In this document: positions 47,678 to 60,077 of the stretch, in pieces
How the letters are laid out: each line of letters begins with the position of its first letter
Numbering within the stretch: position 1 is the first letter of the stretch
Assembly: GCA_965649825.1 (NCBI GenBank)
Contig: OZ287699.1
Coordinates: forward strand, 372,001-436,000
DNA: 64,000 nucleotides
Origin: Penicillus capitatus
Lineage: Eukaryota; Plantae; Chlorophyta
Direction: 5' to 3'
The notes under the pieces: model-generated
Databases searched by the model: none
Seen by the model: only the letters and a program-made list of their open reading frames with translations
What the model was told of the DNA's origin: nothing
Program-made: the position numbers and the translations under genes

Positions 47678-48705
47678 GACATTCTCCGATGATACCTCAA
47701 CGTTTTTCGATGCATCGTCGTTGTTGTGTACATCTTTGAACAAACAAATCTTAACAAGGGGTTGTTATTGCTCTTGACGCTAGCGTCTTGTCTACGTGTT
47801 GTTGTTGTTGACGATGGTATTCTTTCTTTAAGTGGACGGACGGACGTGTGGACGGATGGATGATATCATGATACAATTGTTATGGAATACGAATGGTTCA
47901 GACGAAATGTCAATCACAAGCAGCGCGGTTAACAATGATGTTAAGAACATCGCAACTAGGAAATAGTTATGTGTATATTGCCATCATCTGCCCTCCATCC
48001 TTGCCCCGCGGAGCCCTGTGGTTGAAGGACCCGTAAACAACACCTCTCTGAATTGCTTGCTCCCCGACAGTTTGCAGTTATGCAAAACTCTTTATTGATG
48101 CTACCGATAGAAAGTTAGTTTGTAAGTGAGAACACGAGCTCGTCAAAAAGAGACAATCAAACAAAATGCACATCATTCGAGACACATGGCTCGTCTTTAA
48201 CAGTTATTAAACAACGTGTTTGGAACAGCAACCACGTGTACAGCTGGGAATGATGCAAATTCATCTCTAAAACAAGATCATGTGTGTGTGTCGCCGTTTC
48301 CGCATTCGTAGCCGAGACAGGTTTCGAAAACTGGAACAAGAGATTCAATCAATCGATCGATCGTCGATCATCATCATCCCCCGAGACACTATCAGCCTCC
48401 TAGAGACATGACATGACAGATGGAACGGCACTTTTTGCTTGCGCTCATTTATTGAACGGGCATGAGCACAGAAGAGCACTACAATTAGCGATGGAAGTCA
48501 CCAAGTAGTCACAAGGTGGGCGGAAAGGGAATTTAAGAATGCACACAAAGGCACTGGTTTCTCTATCTTGACCGGTTCGACTAAAAGACGAGTGGTGGAT
48601 GTCAGTTCTCTAAGATAGATAATTAGCGCGGTGCGGGGTTCACGAGAAGAGCAACTCCAACAGCTATCTATTCATGTGAGCTGATATCCTGTTGCTGAGA
48701 CCAGT

Positions 48706-50197
48706 TTAGCTGGTTCTCCTTGGAAGTGGCATAGTTGGTGGTCGTGCATGTGGTGCCATGACAGGCACTGGTATCATCATCTCGGTTTCGGGTCGTTGAT
48801 ATCTTGGTTCAACATACACACGCTTTCCTTGAACAGTGGCACCCTTCTGGATGGCTGCTTCTGAAGAAGTAGCCGATGCGAAGTTGACAAACGCATAGCA
48901 GCCATTGCGCCCATCGCGCACTTGGATGCCGTCAATGCCGCCGACAATGGGACCGAATTCCTGAAAAGCCTCAGCGACATCGCGGGCTTGGATACCGAAT
49001 GGCAAGCGGGCGATGAAAACGCCGTAGCCTGAGGTCGGCTGCATGGCACGCATATCACCGCCCATCGACATGGATCGTCTTCTGAGCCCTGTCTGCGCCG
49101 CCGGACCCATTCCCATACCCATCGCCACAGAACCCATCGCCGGATGCGCTGGCATCATAGCCATGTTCGGCATCATGACAGGGGGCAGTGAATGCATGGG
49201 TGGCGGAATGGTCTGTCGCACAAGCTGCGGCGGATGCATGGCATCGTTGTGTGAGGCCGTTCTCTGGATATAGGGCACTGCGGTGCGGAATTCATCGTTG
49301 TCTGCCTCGGAGCCAGACGATTTCGACGCGTCCAGAGTATTCTCGTGCGGCGGCGGGGTGGCTGTTTGGATTTCCCGCGCCAGACTTTGAGACGGGACAA
49401 CATCTTCTGTGGCGGTGGCCGTGGAGGTGGTGGCATTTCGGTCCAAACGGAATCCAGCCTCGACTGCCTCCGTTCGTGGTGTTTTGGGAGACTCGCATCC
49501 TGATCCTTCTTTCTCCTCCTAATCCACAAGACACGCATATCTCACTCAATGACGCTCTCTCAAAAGAGTGACATCTACGAACCCAGACGAAAGGCGACGG
49601 CTCAAGTTCATGCCCTGAGCTGTTGAGTGGTCCGTGGTTCAAGACGTGGAGAGTGTCTGTGCGAATATAGAAGCCATTGTCCTGCGGCGCCAAAAGCAGA
49701 GCTTGCGTAAACAGACGTTCATCCTTCTGGCTCTAATCGTTGCGCGCCAGACCACACACAAGTCAATTCAACGCACTTCGCCTCTGCGTATGTACGTACC
49801 TTGCGGAACATGGTCCCATTCACCAGCAGCAAGACGCTTCCCTCCATCGAGAACTGTGGAACGGCGGACTCTACTTTGATCGTCACATCCTCGTACAGCC
49901 ACTTGAGCAGTTCCTTGCAGCTCTAGACGGCAGTCTATGACCATACGCGTCGTTTTCGCCGCAGTCCTACCTCTTCGTCCTCAGCCGTCTCGGTCATGGT
50001 TTCGCCTCCTTCTATCATTTCAGAAACAACGACCGTGCTGCTCTTTCCATAGAACTGGTAGAGATGTTCGTGATGCATGTTCAAGATGGAGTAGTACAAA
50101 CGCACGAACTGCTTGGCAACCTAAAGAATCCGGTGTGAGTATATGGCATTTGGCACAGGGTAAAGAGCACGGAGTCTTTGTTTGCACGCTGCGCCAT
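48706..50197 (-). CDS. NTF2 + RRM protein (G3BP/Rasputin-like)
   Basis: NTF2 motifs VAKQFVRLYYSIL..LYQFY, QFSMEGSVLLLVNG and LAPQDNGFYIRTD; RRM motifs VFIARLP and GCYAFVNF. Confidence 0.85.
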
Positions 50198-50606
50198 GTT
50201 TGCGTCTTGGAGGTTATGCCGAGGACAAGCCGCGTAAGCCAATGCAGGTCGGCTGCGTGTCTCCGAGGGTCGTTATGGATGTCGGACGTTGAGCGAAGAG
50301 ATGCTCTTTTTTCACAGGAAGGTGTGCGCTAAAATAATTAACTACAACTCAAGTAACCCGTCAGCGCGGTGGATGCTTTAGTAAAACGCTGAAGCAGTGC
50401 TGAGCCTTTCGATTTGCACAACCGTCGTGTCGAATGACAAACAATCGCGTCCCCAGATTGAGCCTCTCACGACGTGCTCGAATTTTGAGCCAAAACGCAC
50501 AACGAACGTATCAAAATGCTTTGTGAATTCGAGGCAATGTCACGACCGTGCTGTGGCGATGCTGGACGAATGGACGCCGAAGCTTCGGTCAAATGGACAG
50601 CAACCG

Positions 50607-51211
50607 TCATCGAGGAAGATCCGAGGAATTCCCCTTTGATGTAAGGTCTCTCTGGTCGGCATCGTCCATGTAGGCCTCGAACTCAGTGGGGTAGACAATG
50701 AGAAAGGTATACCACCACAAAGCAACGCCACTTGCCACGAGTCCCGTCCAGATCCATGATCCACTTGAGACCTGGTATATGAGACGCACGATGACCAGGC
50801 CGGTTCCTAAGATGGTGTATGGTTGGCACCACCATGGTTTATAGTCCCAAACATTACGAGACGGTGTCTCGTTCTAGAATAGAAGACAGAGAAGCCATAC
50901 ATGGTATCCGTTAGAAACATGCAGGCACAGCAGGGAGACACCTCTAGATTCGGGGATGGACGGTTCTGAGAATCGTCCCTCTGGCTGTAGGCGCGTGAAG
51001 GACGACGCCACGTGTGTCTCCAGATCACGTTATTCCTCGAGACGCGATGGCCACGACGTCCCGCGTCCCGCTGCACGAGGCGATGCGGAAGGGCGCAACG
51101 GGAGATGCGTTTGCCGGCGATGCAGAAACTGTTGCCAGATTCTTCGACGCCTGTCCAAGTCATCTCTGCACATCGCGACGATGTCATCGAGGAGACTATG
51201 ATGATGATCAA
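50607..51211 (-). CDS. Small hypothetical protein with about 2 TM helices, possibly plastid-targeted
   Basis: Arg/Ser-rich N-terminus; final exon reads YTILGTGLVIVRLI..WIWTGLVASGVALWWYTFLIVYP. Confidence 0.5.
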
Positions 51212-52243
51212 AACGCGTCTCTCGTTTTCTTCTTCTTTTTTCTTTGTTCAGGATTTATCCCTCTTGGTTATGAAAAGAGAGGAGAGAACGATGATGAGAC
51301 GACAAAGTTCTTAAATAAACCGAATGTTTGAATCGTTGTTTGTTGATCGAGTATGAGCACCATGAGACCATGAGTCAGGCGTTTATGTGGTGCATCATCA
51401 TCATACAGTCAGTACAACTGCATGTTATGAAGGGCCGCTCCACTTCTCCAAAAACCATATTCGCGAGCAGGCGGATTTATGAAAACATCCGATCGATGGA
51501 CATAAGTAAGAAAATGAAAAAATGGACCCTTGCATTGCGACCAACGACTATCCACGCACGTACGTCAGTCACATCACGTCAAGTTCTGATGATGATAGAT
51601 TGGTAGATGTGACCAAGAGGATCGCGACGTCCCTTTGATGTGAATCGTCCTGGTGATAGAGTAATGCATGATCAATGATCATCATTCATGACGATTTATG
51701 GAGAATTATGAAAGATAGGGGATATGAAGATCGCTAGCGAGTGTTTGTTAGCAAGACACCTATGGACCTAACCCAATTCGCTCTCGGATCATGTGCGTCC
51801 CGTCTGAGGGGTGACCTCTTTATTTCAATGCTTCTTTTGAAAACGAAATGGAAGGAGGAGCAACAAAAAAAGAAACCGTCCATCAGGAGTTTCTTGTACT
51901 TGAGGTGCTCCCAATAAGTGATGAGAATGAGAGTCGGCATGAGAGAAAGACTTCCCAAAAGAATAAAAAGGATGCTTCTCTGAGGTAGAGCAGATAGAGT
52001 ACATATGACAAACCGCGGTTCATTTGGTGATGGGAGGAAAGAGAGTTGAAAGGATCACGAAATCGAAGAAATTGCAATCGGGCAATTGTCCGCCACTCAG
52101 GCAGAAATCTTCAAACTCTCATTCTTTCGCAGTGAGTGAGTGAGAATGAAATGTTGGTGATGCATCATAGGTATGTATGTATGCACACTGGGAAGTGATC
52201 ATCAGCATCCATCTATCCGTCATTCCGTTTATGTTCAACGGAC

Positions 52244-53393
52244 TCAAGCGCGTCCAGGAATGAGCATGCGTTGACTGAGGCCTTCGTAGCTCATGAAATA
52301 GCGAAACAATGAATCATCTCGACGATCCATCGGATCTCGGGGAGAGGAAAGAAGACGTACGTCTCCCAATGTCAAAATGCGTTGCCCCGGTGCGGAAGAT
52401 GGCAACATCTCAACACGCAGCGGCATCGATCGTGCAGCATCGAGTCTCCACAGCCGCAGGATTTCTAATCCACTCCGTCGGTCGAAGTATGTCTCGAGCA
52501 TTTCATGCATTCGCCGTTCGTAGTCTGCCAGCCGATCGCCAGCGAGAATGGCAAATCCGCCGTGCTGATCGATGACCTGCTGCACGTGACGGCTGGTTGC
52601 CGAGTCCATTTCGACATCTGAACGGAGAATGCCGCCTTCTGTTTGAAGATTCCCCCCTCCAATTCTAAAGCCATCTCCTTCACTCGTTGCCTCTTCCTGA
52701 TCCGTCATTGATGGAGAAAAACAACAACACAATCGTTTTCGCAAGTTTTCACCTCCGCGCCTTAAATGATCCCACAGTTGACGGCGCTTGCGTGATGCTC
52801 GCCGAGCTTCGCCTCCCGATTCCGGTTCGGGGACAGCTGTGTCGATGCTCACAACAGAAGGGGCTCCCTCCTCTTCATGACCCGATCCACTCTCGCTCGG
52901 ACTGGCTTCTGTTATTTCCGTTTCTGCTGAGAGGCGCCGTCGAGAAGGAGGCGAGTGTGGAAACCAAACGCTCGATCCACTGTCGTCCGTTGTGCGATCA
53001 TGCGGTCTCAGCGTCACACTGGGCGTCGATGATTCATTACCCTCAGCACTGTTCCGCGGTTCCGATTCCACCGAACGTTCATCGCCGCCAGGTGGCTGTC
53101 TAATACGAGACCTTAATGTAATATCCGATACAACGGAGGACTGCAGACACACACAGCAGAACCATATCGCCATGCGTCCATGGAGGGATGCAGAAGGATG
53201 GCAGGAGCATTGCCCACTTGCGTTTCGCAGGATGGATGGACATCTTGTCCGCGTCGAGAATCGCGACTGGAGCTGCCTTCCCCTGCCGACGACCCTGTTG
53301 TAAGAGAAGCCTGTCCTTCTCCACTTGGTCCCTCATCCTAAACACAGACAGATACATGACTGGCTCAATGCCTCTCTGCTTCGTTGATAACAC
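52244..53393 (-). CDS. Hypothetical Ser/Glu-rich protein
   Basis: 309-aa ORF (52244-53173) plus an upstream exon-like ORF; no family recognised. Confidence 0.45.
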
Positions 53394-53580
53394 ACGGGTT
53401 GTCGCGTTCGTCCGTGTTCGTCATGGGACGGCGAGTGGCTCTCGCTACTCGACATGTGCTAAGGCGCGTCAACGCTGCGTCTTATTTTTCTCTCTTTACG
53501 TTGTCGTTGTATCTATTCAACTGGCAGCGCCAACGGAGAACAGGACACGCCAATCTTGCTGTTTCTTTTCTCGAAAGTGA

Positions 53581-54399
53581 ATGGGCCACACCTCACCTAC
53601 AGTTGATGCAATGCAGACGCTGCATCATTCAACCGGCGTTCGAGCAATGCTGCAATGTACACGATTGCAAACGACGACTGCAAAGGAAGAGGCCTCCCTT
53701 AAACGCTGTTTCCGAACACAGAGATGCAGAAGACGTTCGACCATACGTGCGGCGTCGAAACCGGAAAGTAACAACAGACCAACAACCACCATCACAACCA
53801 AGAGACTCGGCAAACTGTCCGGTCAGATGGGGAAACGACAGAGTCCCTCTTTGCCAAGGAGCTCAAGCGTCGAGGCATTCCGCAAGAACCGCTAGATCCG
53901 TCAAGCAGTATCGCCTGACACGTGCTGTGGGGTTGTTGACCTGAGATGTGATATCACAGAGTCTTTTGGACGTCGATCTCCGCCTTCTGAGAAAGCATCG
54001 TATGAGGAGAGGGGACCACCATTGCTGACGGAGAATCAGCTGCAGCGAGCCAGAGAGTTGAGCAGCGAGGGCCTCGAGGTGGGTGGGCGAGATGCATGGA
54101 CGGTTCATTCAGGGAAACGGATGGTGGGTAGGGACTGATACCTCGTGCCAAAGAACTCCTGACGCTCGGAGGGACATTTACCCTGTCCTTTGTTCCATCC
54201 ATCATGGCTGTCGCCGCCATCTCTGCAGCCCTCTACCTGGTAAGCCATCCAGATCGGCGATGCATTTGAGTGAGAATGTGTGATGCTGTGGTCGATGCAG
54301 ATCTTCGGCGCCAGTCTGATTCACTTTGGCAGCGCAGAGATGACGCAGCCAACGTACGTGAATCCGTATGAACTGTTGGGTTATCCGTACACGGATTGA
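53581..54399 (+). CDS. Small hypothetical plastid-targeted membrane protein
   Basis: Transit-like N-terminus; spliced RAKELLTLGGTFTLSFVPSIMAVAAISAALYL/IFGASLIH..PTYVNPYELL. Confidence 0.5.
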
Positions 54400-54443
54400 A
54401 CGGCTATGCTGTTCGAGACATGTCTATGTGTCTTTGTGGTTCT

Positions 54444-55911
54444 CTATGAGAAACAGAGGGGTTGGTTTCCTTTGAGGACTTCCATCACTTCATCCCCTGC
54501 AAACTGTTGAATGTCGATATCGTTGTTGTACAGCTCAGAACGACTCTCATCGACGATCTGCTTAAGGTGATCGGATGTGACGAGGCAGTCGTAGAGACTG
54601 CCCGTCCTGAGCTTTTGCAGATCTGCTTCGATCTGACTCAACCTGACGAAGACACGACCACATCGTCTCCAAAACGTCGCATCACCTATTTAGCGACCTT
54701 TGCTGGATTTCTTTCTGGCGTCGCTGTTCCTGAAGGTAATCAGGTTTTAAGGACTGGTAGAGAGAAGAGTGCTTGGATGTTGTGTCTCGGCCAGTCGACG
54801 AAACGGCGTCCCCTGTCCAGCACGACAGAGAACGAGATGCAGCATCCCCTAGCTCCGTTCAGGAAGCATCGATCTTTGGCCAATAGATGCGAAAGTGTTA
54901 CCTGAACGAGAGGTTGCGCTGTCTTGACAGTATGTCGATAGATCGTCAGGAAGGGTCACATCACAATCAAATGGATTCCGACTCAGTTCATCGTCCGACA
55001 TGCCCATCAACGCGTTCACTATAGCCAAAAGATATCGCGAGTTGTGTGAGCGATGTCGATCGATCGACAATGCGCCTGTTGCTCTGGTCGCAGATGCGAA
55101 CGACGTCTACCGCACACAGTGTCGTTCGTATCGCTGTCTTCTTCCAAAGAGTGCACAGCCGCTCTCAATCCTGCCATTCTCTGTAGCTGTGCTCTCTCCT
55201 GTCTACGAGTAAGTGAAATACTCGACAGATATTTTCAAGACGTCTGCACTTGAGGGTTCGCTTAAGCGATTTCTGAGCGGTGGACACAGAACCCAGTCGA
55301 TTTCTGCGAGCTTTTGTGGGAAGCGTCTGGCGTTGGACGAGGTATTCCTCGACCGTCTTCTCCTGCAGAATCCTGTCGAGTTCATCGATGGTGCGGAGGC
55401 CATCGATCGTCTTTCTGTCTTTTTCGTCATCGATCGCCAAGCGAGAGATCGGAAGATCTTGATAACGTCTGGGTCCCGACCAGTCTCGCAACGATACATA
55501 GCCGTTTTTGTTTTCGATGAAAAGACGCTCGACGATGCTATCGTAGTCGATCGGGAACTCGATCAGCACGTCTCCATCGTATGGCTGCTTTCTCAAACGA
55601 TCGACGAAAGCTTCGAGCTCTCGGCGAAGATCGTCTCTTTTCTCGACGTCTCGCCGAAGACGTTGCCGTCCGTCCGTCGTCAAATCCGCCGAGACGCACG
55701 ATGGCGCTTCTCGATCGGTCGAGAAGAGCCACGACGTGTTGTGGTGTTGGTGTCCTGCGAGGTGACGTAGGTACCACGGATCGCCGTTTTTGGATGCGTC
55801 TTTACCGTGGACGTCATGTTCCACTTCGTTCGGCAATTGCGACGAAGAGAACGCAAAGGCGTCATCGTCACGATTCCCCGAATCACTCTCCATCAAGACC
55901 CCGCCTGCCAC
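54444..55911 (-). CDS. Hypothetical coiled-coil protein, multi-exon
   Basis: 248-aa ORF (55165-55911) plus downstream exon ORFs with helical charged composition. Confidence 0.5.
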
Positions 55912-56086
55912 GGTATCAAGAATGGCGATGACAAAGCAGCGATCAAGAACGGCGTCGTCTTCTGGCAGAGCGATCTCGGATCACCACATCGCATAACCAT
56001 GTGCATTAGATGCATACCGTTTGGCGCCGGTCAACAGGAACGCTTTACTTGACGCCGCTCCGAGGCATCCTAGTCTGTTGCTCGGC

Positions 56087-57212
56087 ATGAAAACGGGATC
56101 GGACGTCGCCGTAGAGACATTGGACGAAGGAGATGTCGATGTCTTCTTTGCCAATTCCTGCACCACTGAAATGTGGCCCGTCAAGTCGCTCACCGTCGTG
56201 CCGCGGATTCGATCCGCACTAGTACTTCATGAAACCGCCCGCTCAGGCGCATGCGACGGATATGCACGGATGCGTTTTCTACCGTCGCTTAATCTTCTAC
56301 GCATGGGGCCTAGATTAGCCAGCGCCAGCGCCAACCACCACAGTGCAAAAACGGCGCGCAGTCCCATCATTATCGCTGTTGGCGATATGGCAACGTGGCA
56401 TGCCACATCGGATGCGCCACTGCGTATGGACGTCCGGAATGCATACAGTGTCGACTGCCCGTTGCTTCGTTTGGTTTCCTGAACGGACCGAGTCAACTCG
56501 TGGCGCTCGACGAGGATGATGTCTGGAAGATCGATGTCGGGTCGGCAACGGTTGCTGTCCTTCGCTATCTCTTCACGCAAACCGATGCCAGACCGATAAC
56601 CCCCGGAGTCAACTGTTGTGGGATCTATGCCGCAGGGACGGTTAACAGCCGACAGTGTCTGTGCAGCTGCATTGCAGCCTCGGATCCATCGGCGATGAAT
56701 CCATGACAAGTGACAGGTCGTATTGGGAGTTATCAAAAGAATGCTCGGCGTTTACATATCTCACTCTTACTGGAGGGGCTATTGGATGTGATCCTGCTTC
56801 GTCCGTCGGTGCAGCCATTGCCTGTCTGAATCGAATCGCCATCAACCGTCAGGCCGTTGGCCGTGCCGTGTATGCACTGCAGGTCTGTCTCACACTTTGG
56901 TCACTCAAAATCAACAACAAATGCGACTGCGGGCTTTCTGGAATCGACATTTTCACGGTGATTTGTACCAACAGAAGCTAAGGCATGCTCAAACTCGTAA
57001 TGGCCAAACAAAGGCATTCGGGGACGAGGGGTCCAACCCTCTCACAACTGACCGATCTCTCAGAACCGGCGATTGATTGGGTTAGCTGGCGCGTTCGATA
57101 GGAATTCGAGCTGCCATCCATGGCTGATACTACATACGAATTGATCCGTCCTTTTCGGAGCGCTTTACAATCGGATAGAGGTCCGTTTCTGATCCAGACC
57201 GTGCTACTCTAG
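56087..57212 (+). pseudogene. Degenerate bacterial-type acetolactate-synthase-like TPP enzyme
   Basis: N-domain FANSCTTEM..GACDGYARM..MGPRLA..VGDMATWH..DAPL; C-domain DESMTS..LTLTGGAIG..VGAAIAC..QAVGRAVY..NRS-TAA-GML..IDWV..TAG..GPFLIQTV. It has in-frame stops, an altered cofactor motif and a mostly missing middle domain. Confidence 0.8.
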
Positions 57213-58722
57213 AAACGTCTCGCAAGGCGCCACAAAGATATCCCGGCTATCGACGGTTCCCACAACGTTTCCCGTTGTTTCGTCAATAGCCCTGAGGTTG
57301 GAAATCGTCTGAATGCCGCTGCGAAACGAAACGAGGGAGATGGACACTTCACGACTCTCTCCACTCAACATCTCTCCCAATCGCACCCCTTCGGCACCCG
57401 ACATTCGCAATGCGCTATTCTCCACTTCGCCTCCCTCTACGCCAACCACTCTACTGACCACCAGGATACACATAGCCCGGCATTACGGTGCAAAGAGAGC
57501 ACAATGGGACCAACGGTGTCTTCTGTGAAGTTCTTGAGATGGACAACAATGTCAAAGGGATGGTAGAGAACAATCTCGGATGCCGTGCTGGACACGACGC
57601 GGCCGATGATTTCGTCTGGAGTGTCGTTCTGGACGTTCTGTCCCTGAATCTGTTGCGTCTGTAGACGACCAATCTCTCCGAAACCCGTTCTCCACTTGAT
57701 CTCCAATTTCCCAAGTGTCTTCACTTCCATGTCTTGTTGAGAGACGCCAGTCAACGCCGGATCCAAACGAAAGAGAAAATTCCGACTGCAACGATGGCCA
57801 TGCATCACCTCCGATCACACTTTTTCAAAAGAGTGATACCCGCTGCGCATCTTTCTACCTTCATCGCCTGGCCATTGATGTAGTCCTTCAACGGACCCTG
57901 TGCGACGTCCTCTTGATCGAACATGACGGCCGCTGCTGTATACCGTTTGACAGGCTCGAAGTGAACGTATTCCAACATGAGCGGCTCACTGCGCTTCAGA
58001 GATTCGATGCATGCTTCGAGCAAACAGCTCGCTCCCATCCATCTTACCTTTGTTCGAATGGACAGAGGGGAGAGGGCAATGAACGTCACCACTTGAGCCG
58101 GCAGCACGCTACATTCAGATGTTTGATAGAAGGCGGGCTGCGTTGTGTGAGATTGACATGCGCTCCTTCTTGGGATTTGTGAAAATCGCCATGCACTTTA
58201 GCTGATGTTCGCCGACGTCTTTGATATCGTAGCGCACCAAGAAATCGCGACGCTCCTCGGACGATAACTCCTGCACGGGCGAATCGCGATTTTCAAAGAG
58301 CAGTGTTCTGCCGCGTTGCGTCGACATCTCCACCACGATCTCGACGAGTTGCAACGTATAGCCCGAGTTGTTGCACGCGCTGACGTAACAGCAAACAGAC
58401 TGGAGGCAGGAGGAAAGCGTCAGATAGAGAAGATGTCGCTGGGCAGGACTTCGCCTAGGTGTAGTTGGCCAAAAGAGGGCGGCAGATGGAGATAGCCTTC
58501 CAGACCGCACAGGTCGGAGGCGTTCTGCACATCGATGCGTCTGGAGAAACCTTCACCGCCGACGAGTCGCGCGTGTTCTTCTTCGCCGAGAAGGCATTGT
58601 TCGCCGTCGCGTATGTCTTGTTTGAGGCTTAGTTTGACGGGAACGTCCGAGACGAGTTCTGGCTTCGAGAGACGCAAAATCGAAAAGGAAATCGGCAGCG
58701 TATCGCGTGAAGATTCGGACAT
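57204..58722 (-). CDS. TRAPPC13: Trafficking protein particle complex subunit 13
   Basis: ILRLSKP, LHLPPSFGQLHLGE, YDIKDVGEHQLKC, PLSIRTKVR, LGKLEIKWRTGFGEIGRLQTQQI, SGIQTISNLR. Confidence 0.92.
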
Positions 58723-58890
58723 TTGGAGAACGGGGCGTCAGCGATAAGGACGAGAGAAAGGGGGTCTTGCTCAGGCGCTTGATGCATCCAACATCCGAAC
58801 GTACACACTTTTTCATCACTCCATCGCCAAAAGAACACAACGACAGTTGCATGGGAGAGTGGCGGAGAGCGACAAAAGACAAGATGATTT

Positions 58891-59334
58891 CTAAAAGCTG
58901 CAATGGGAGAAGATGGTAGAGTTGGACACGTCGATATATAGAAGGCGATTGAGTGCTGTGTGTGATGGGACATAGCGATAGGACGTTTCGTCGCATCGCC
59001 CCAGAATGATGCATAAACGATCGACAAGTGCACGTTTCATTGCGATAAACCGCGATGCAAACTCATGATCCGATGGGTCAAAAGACGTTTGCACCGATTC
59101 CGTTGCGTCGATGGTGCGACCTCGAATACATCGTATCGACAATCGGAGATACGAAAACCGGATAAGCAATCTCTCTCGAACAGGAATTGCGATGAGACGC
59201 CGATCGAACTCTCCAATCGACGATGATTCCTGCGAAGCGATCGAAATCTCGGGTTCACCATCGAGGATCATCGAATGCGCATCGACGACGCGTTCGTTCG
59301 GAAATGACAAGACAGATGATGAATCCGACATCAA
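58891..59334 (-). CDS. Possible small hypothetical protein between BLOC1S1 and TRAPPC13
   Basis: 147-aa ORF with an ATG start; no family recognised. Confidence 0.35.
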   Translation of the reverse strand: MMSDSSSVLSFPNERVVDAHSMILDGEPEISIASQESSSIGEFDRRLIAIPVRERLLIRFSYLRLSIRCIRGRTIDATESVQTSFDPSDHEFASRFIAMKRALVDRLCIILGRCDETSYRYVPSHTALNRLLYIDVSNSTIFSHCSF

Positions 59335-59423
59335 TACATAACAACACGGCGTCTTCCGTATGCCGTCCAGACACTTCCTCCATTTCCCGACTCCCTCGAT
59401 GCGTTATTCATTCACCGCGTCCT

Positions 59424-59804
59424 TTACGATGCATTCTCTGGAGGAATCTTGATACGCGAGGCGATCTCCTGCAGTTGTGCCGATGTCTGTTCGAAAAACG
59501 TCTCCAAATCGCCAAACTGCTTAAGCGTCTCGTCGAGCTGTTGGACGGTTCGATTCCAGTTTTCGGATTGTATCTGAAATTCATGCACTTCGTGATGGAC
59601 ACGATGCGAGACGCCCTCGATGTCGTTCTGCGTCGACACGAGTTCGGAAATGACAGACGTCGACGAAGATGCCAACCCAGACTCGCCGTCGTCCGAGGTC
59701 TTGCGGAGCGTCTCTAACTGCTGCCGCACTTCTTCCTCCGCTTTTGCCCTTCGTGCCGCTAAGTCTCGTCGCAAATCGCTCAAACTGCGAGCCATCTCCA
59801 ACAA
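59424..59804 (-). CDS. BLOC1S1: BLOC-1 subunit 1 (BLOS1/GCN5L1), intronless
   Basis: FQIQSENWNRTVQQLDETLKQFGDLETF matches the BLOS1 motif W..L...F...LKEIGD.ENW; the size (126 aa) fits. Confidence 0.75.
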   Translation of the reverse strand: MLEMARSLSDLRRDLAARRAKAEEEVRQQLETLRKTSDDGESGLASSSTSVISELVSTQNDIEGVSHRVHHEVHEFQIQSENWNRTVQQLDETLKQFGDLETFFEQTSAQLQEIASRIKIPPENAS

Positions 59805-60077
59805 ATACCTTCACGAATGGATGAACCGACTAGAATGTTGACACACTGACTGCTCTCCAAGGAGCGGTACGTTGCTCAAGTGGACAGACGGGTTGTGATA
59901 GCTAACCGACGGACGTCGGACGTTTTAAGAAGCGTCGAATCAGGTGGCTCAATGCGACGCCTCGGACATGCCCGTATTGGATGGTGGGGAATAACGGCGC
60001 TGATGCGACGGGCGCTTATCCCTAAAGAGGTGACTTGCTGACTACATCGCCGTCTCTTTACAGCACCATTCATCATC

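Noticed and set aside
46799-47739. Long overlapping ORFs in other frames and on the minus strand of the PLAC8 tail
   Set aside because: Shadow ORFs of low-complexity Pro-rich coding sequence.
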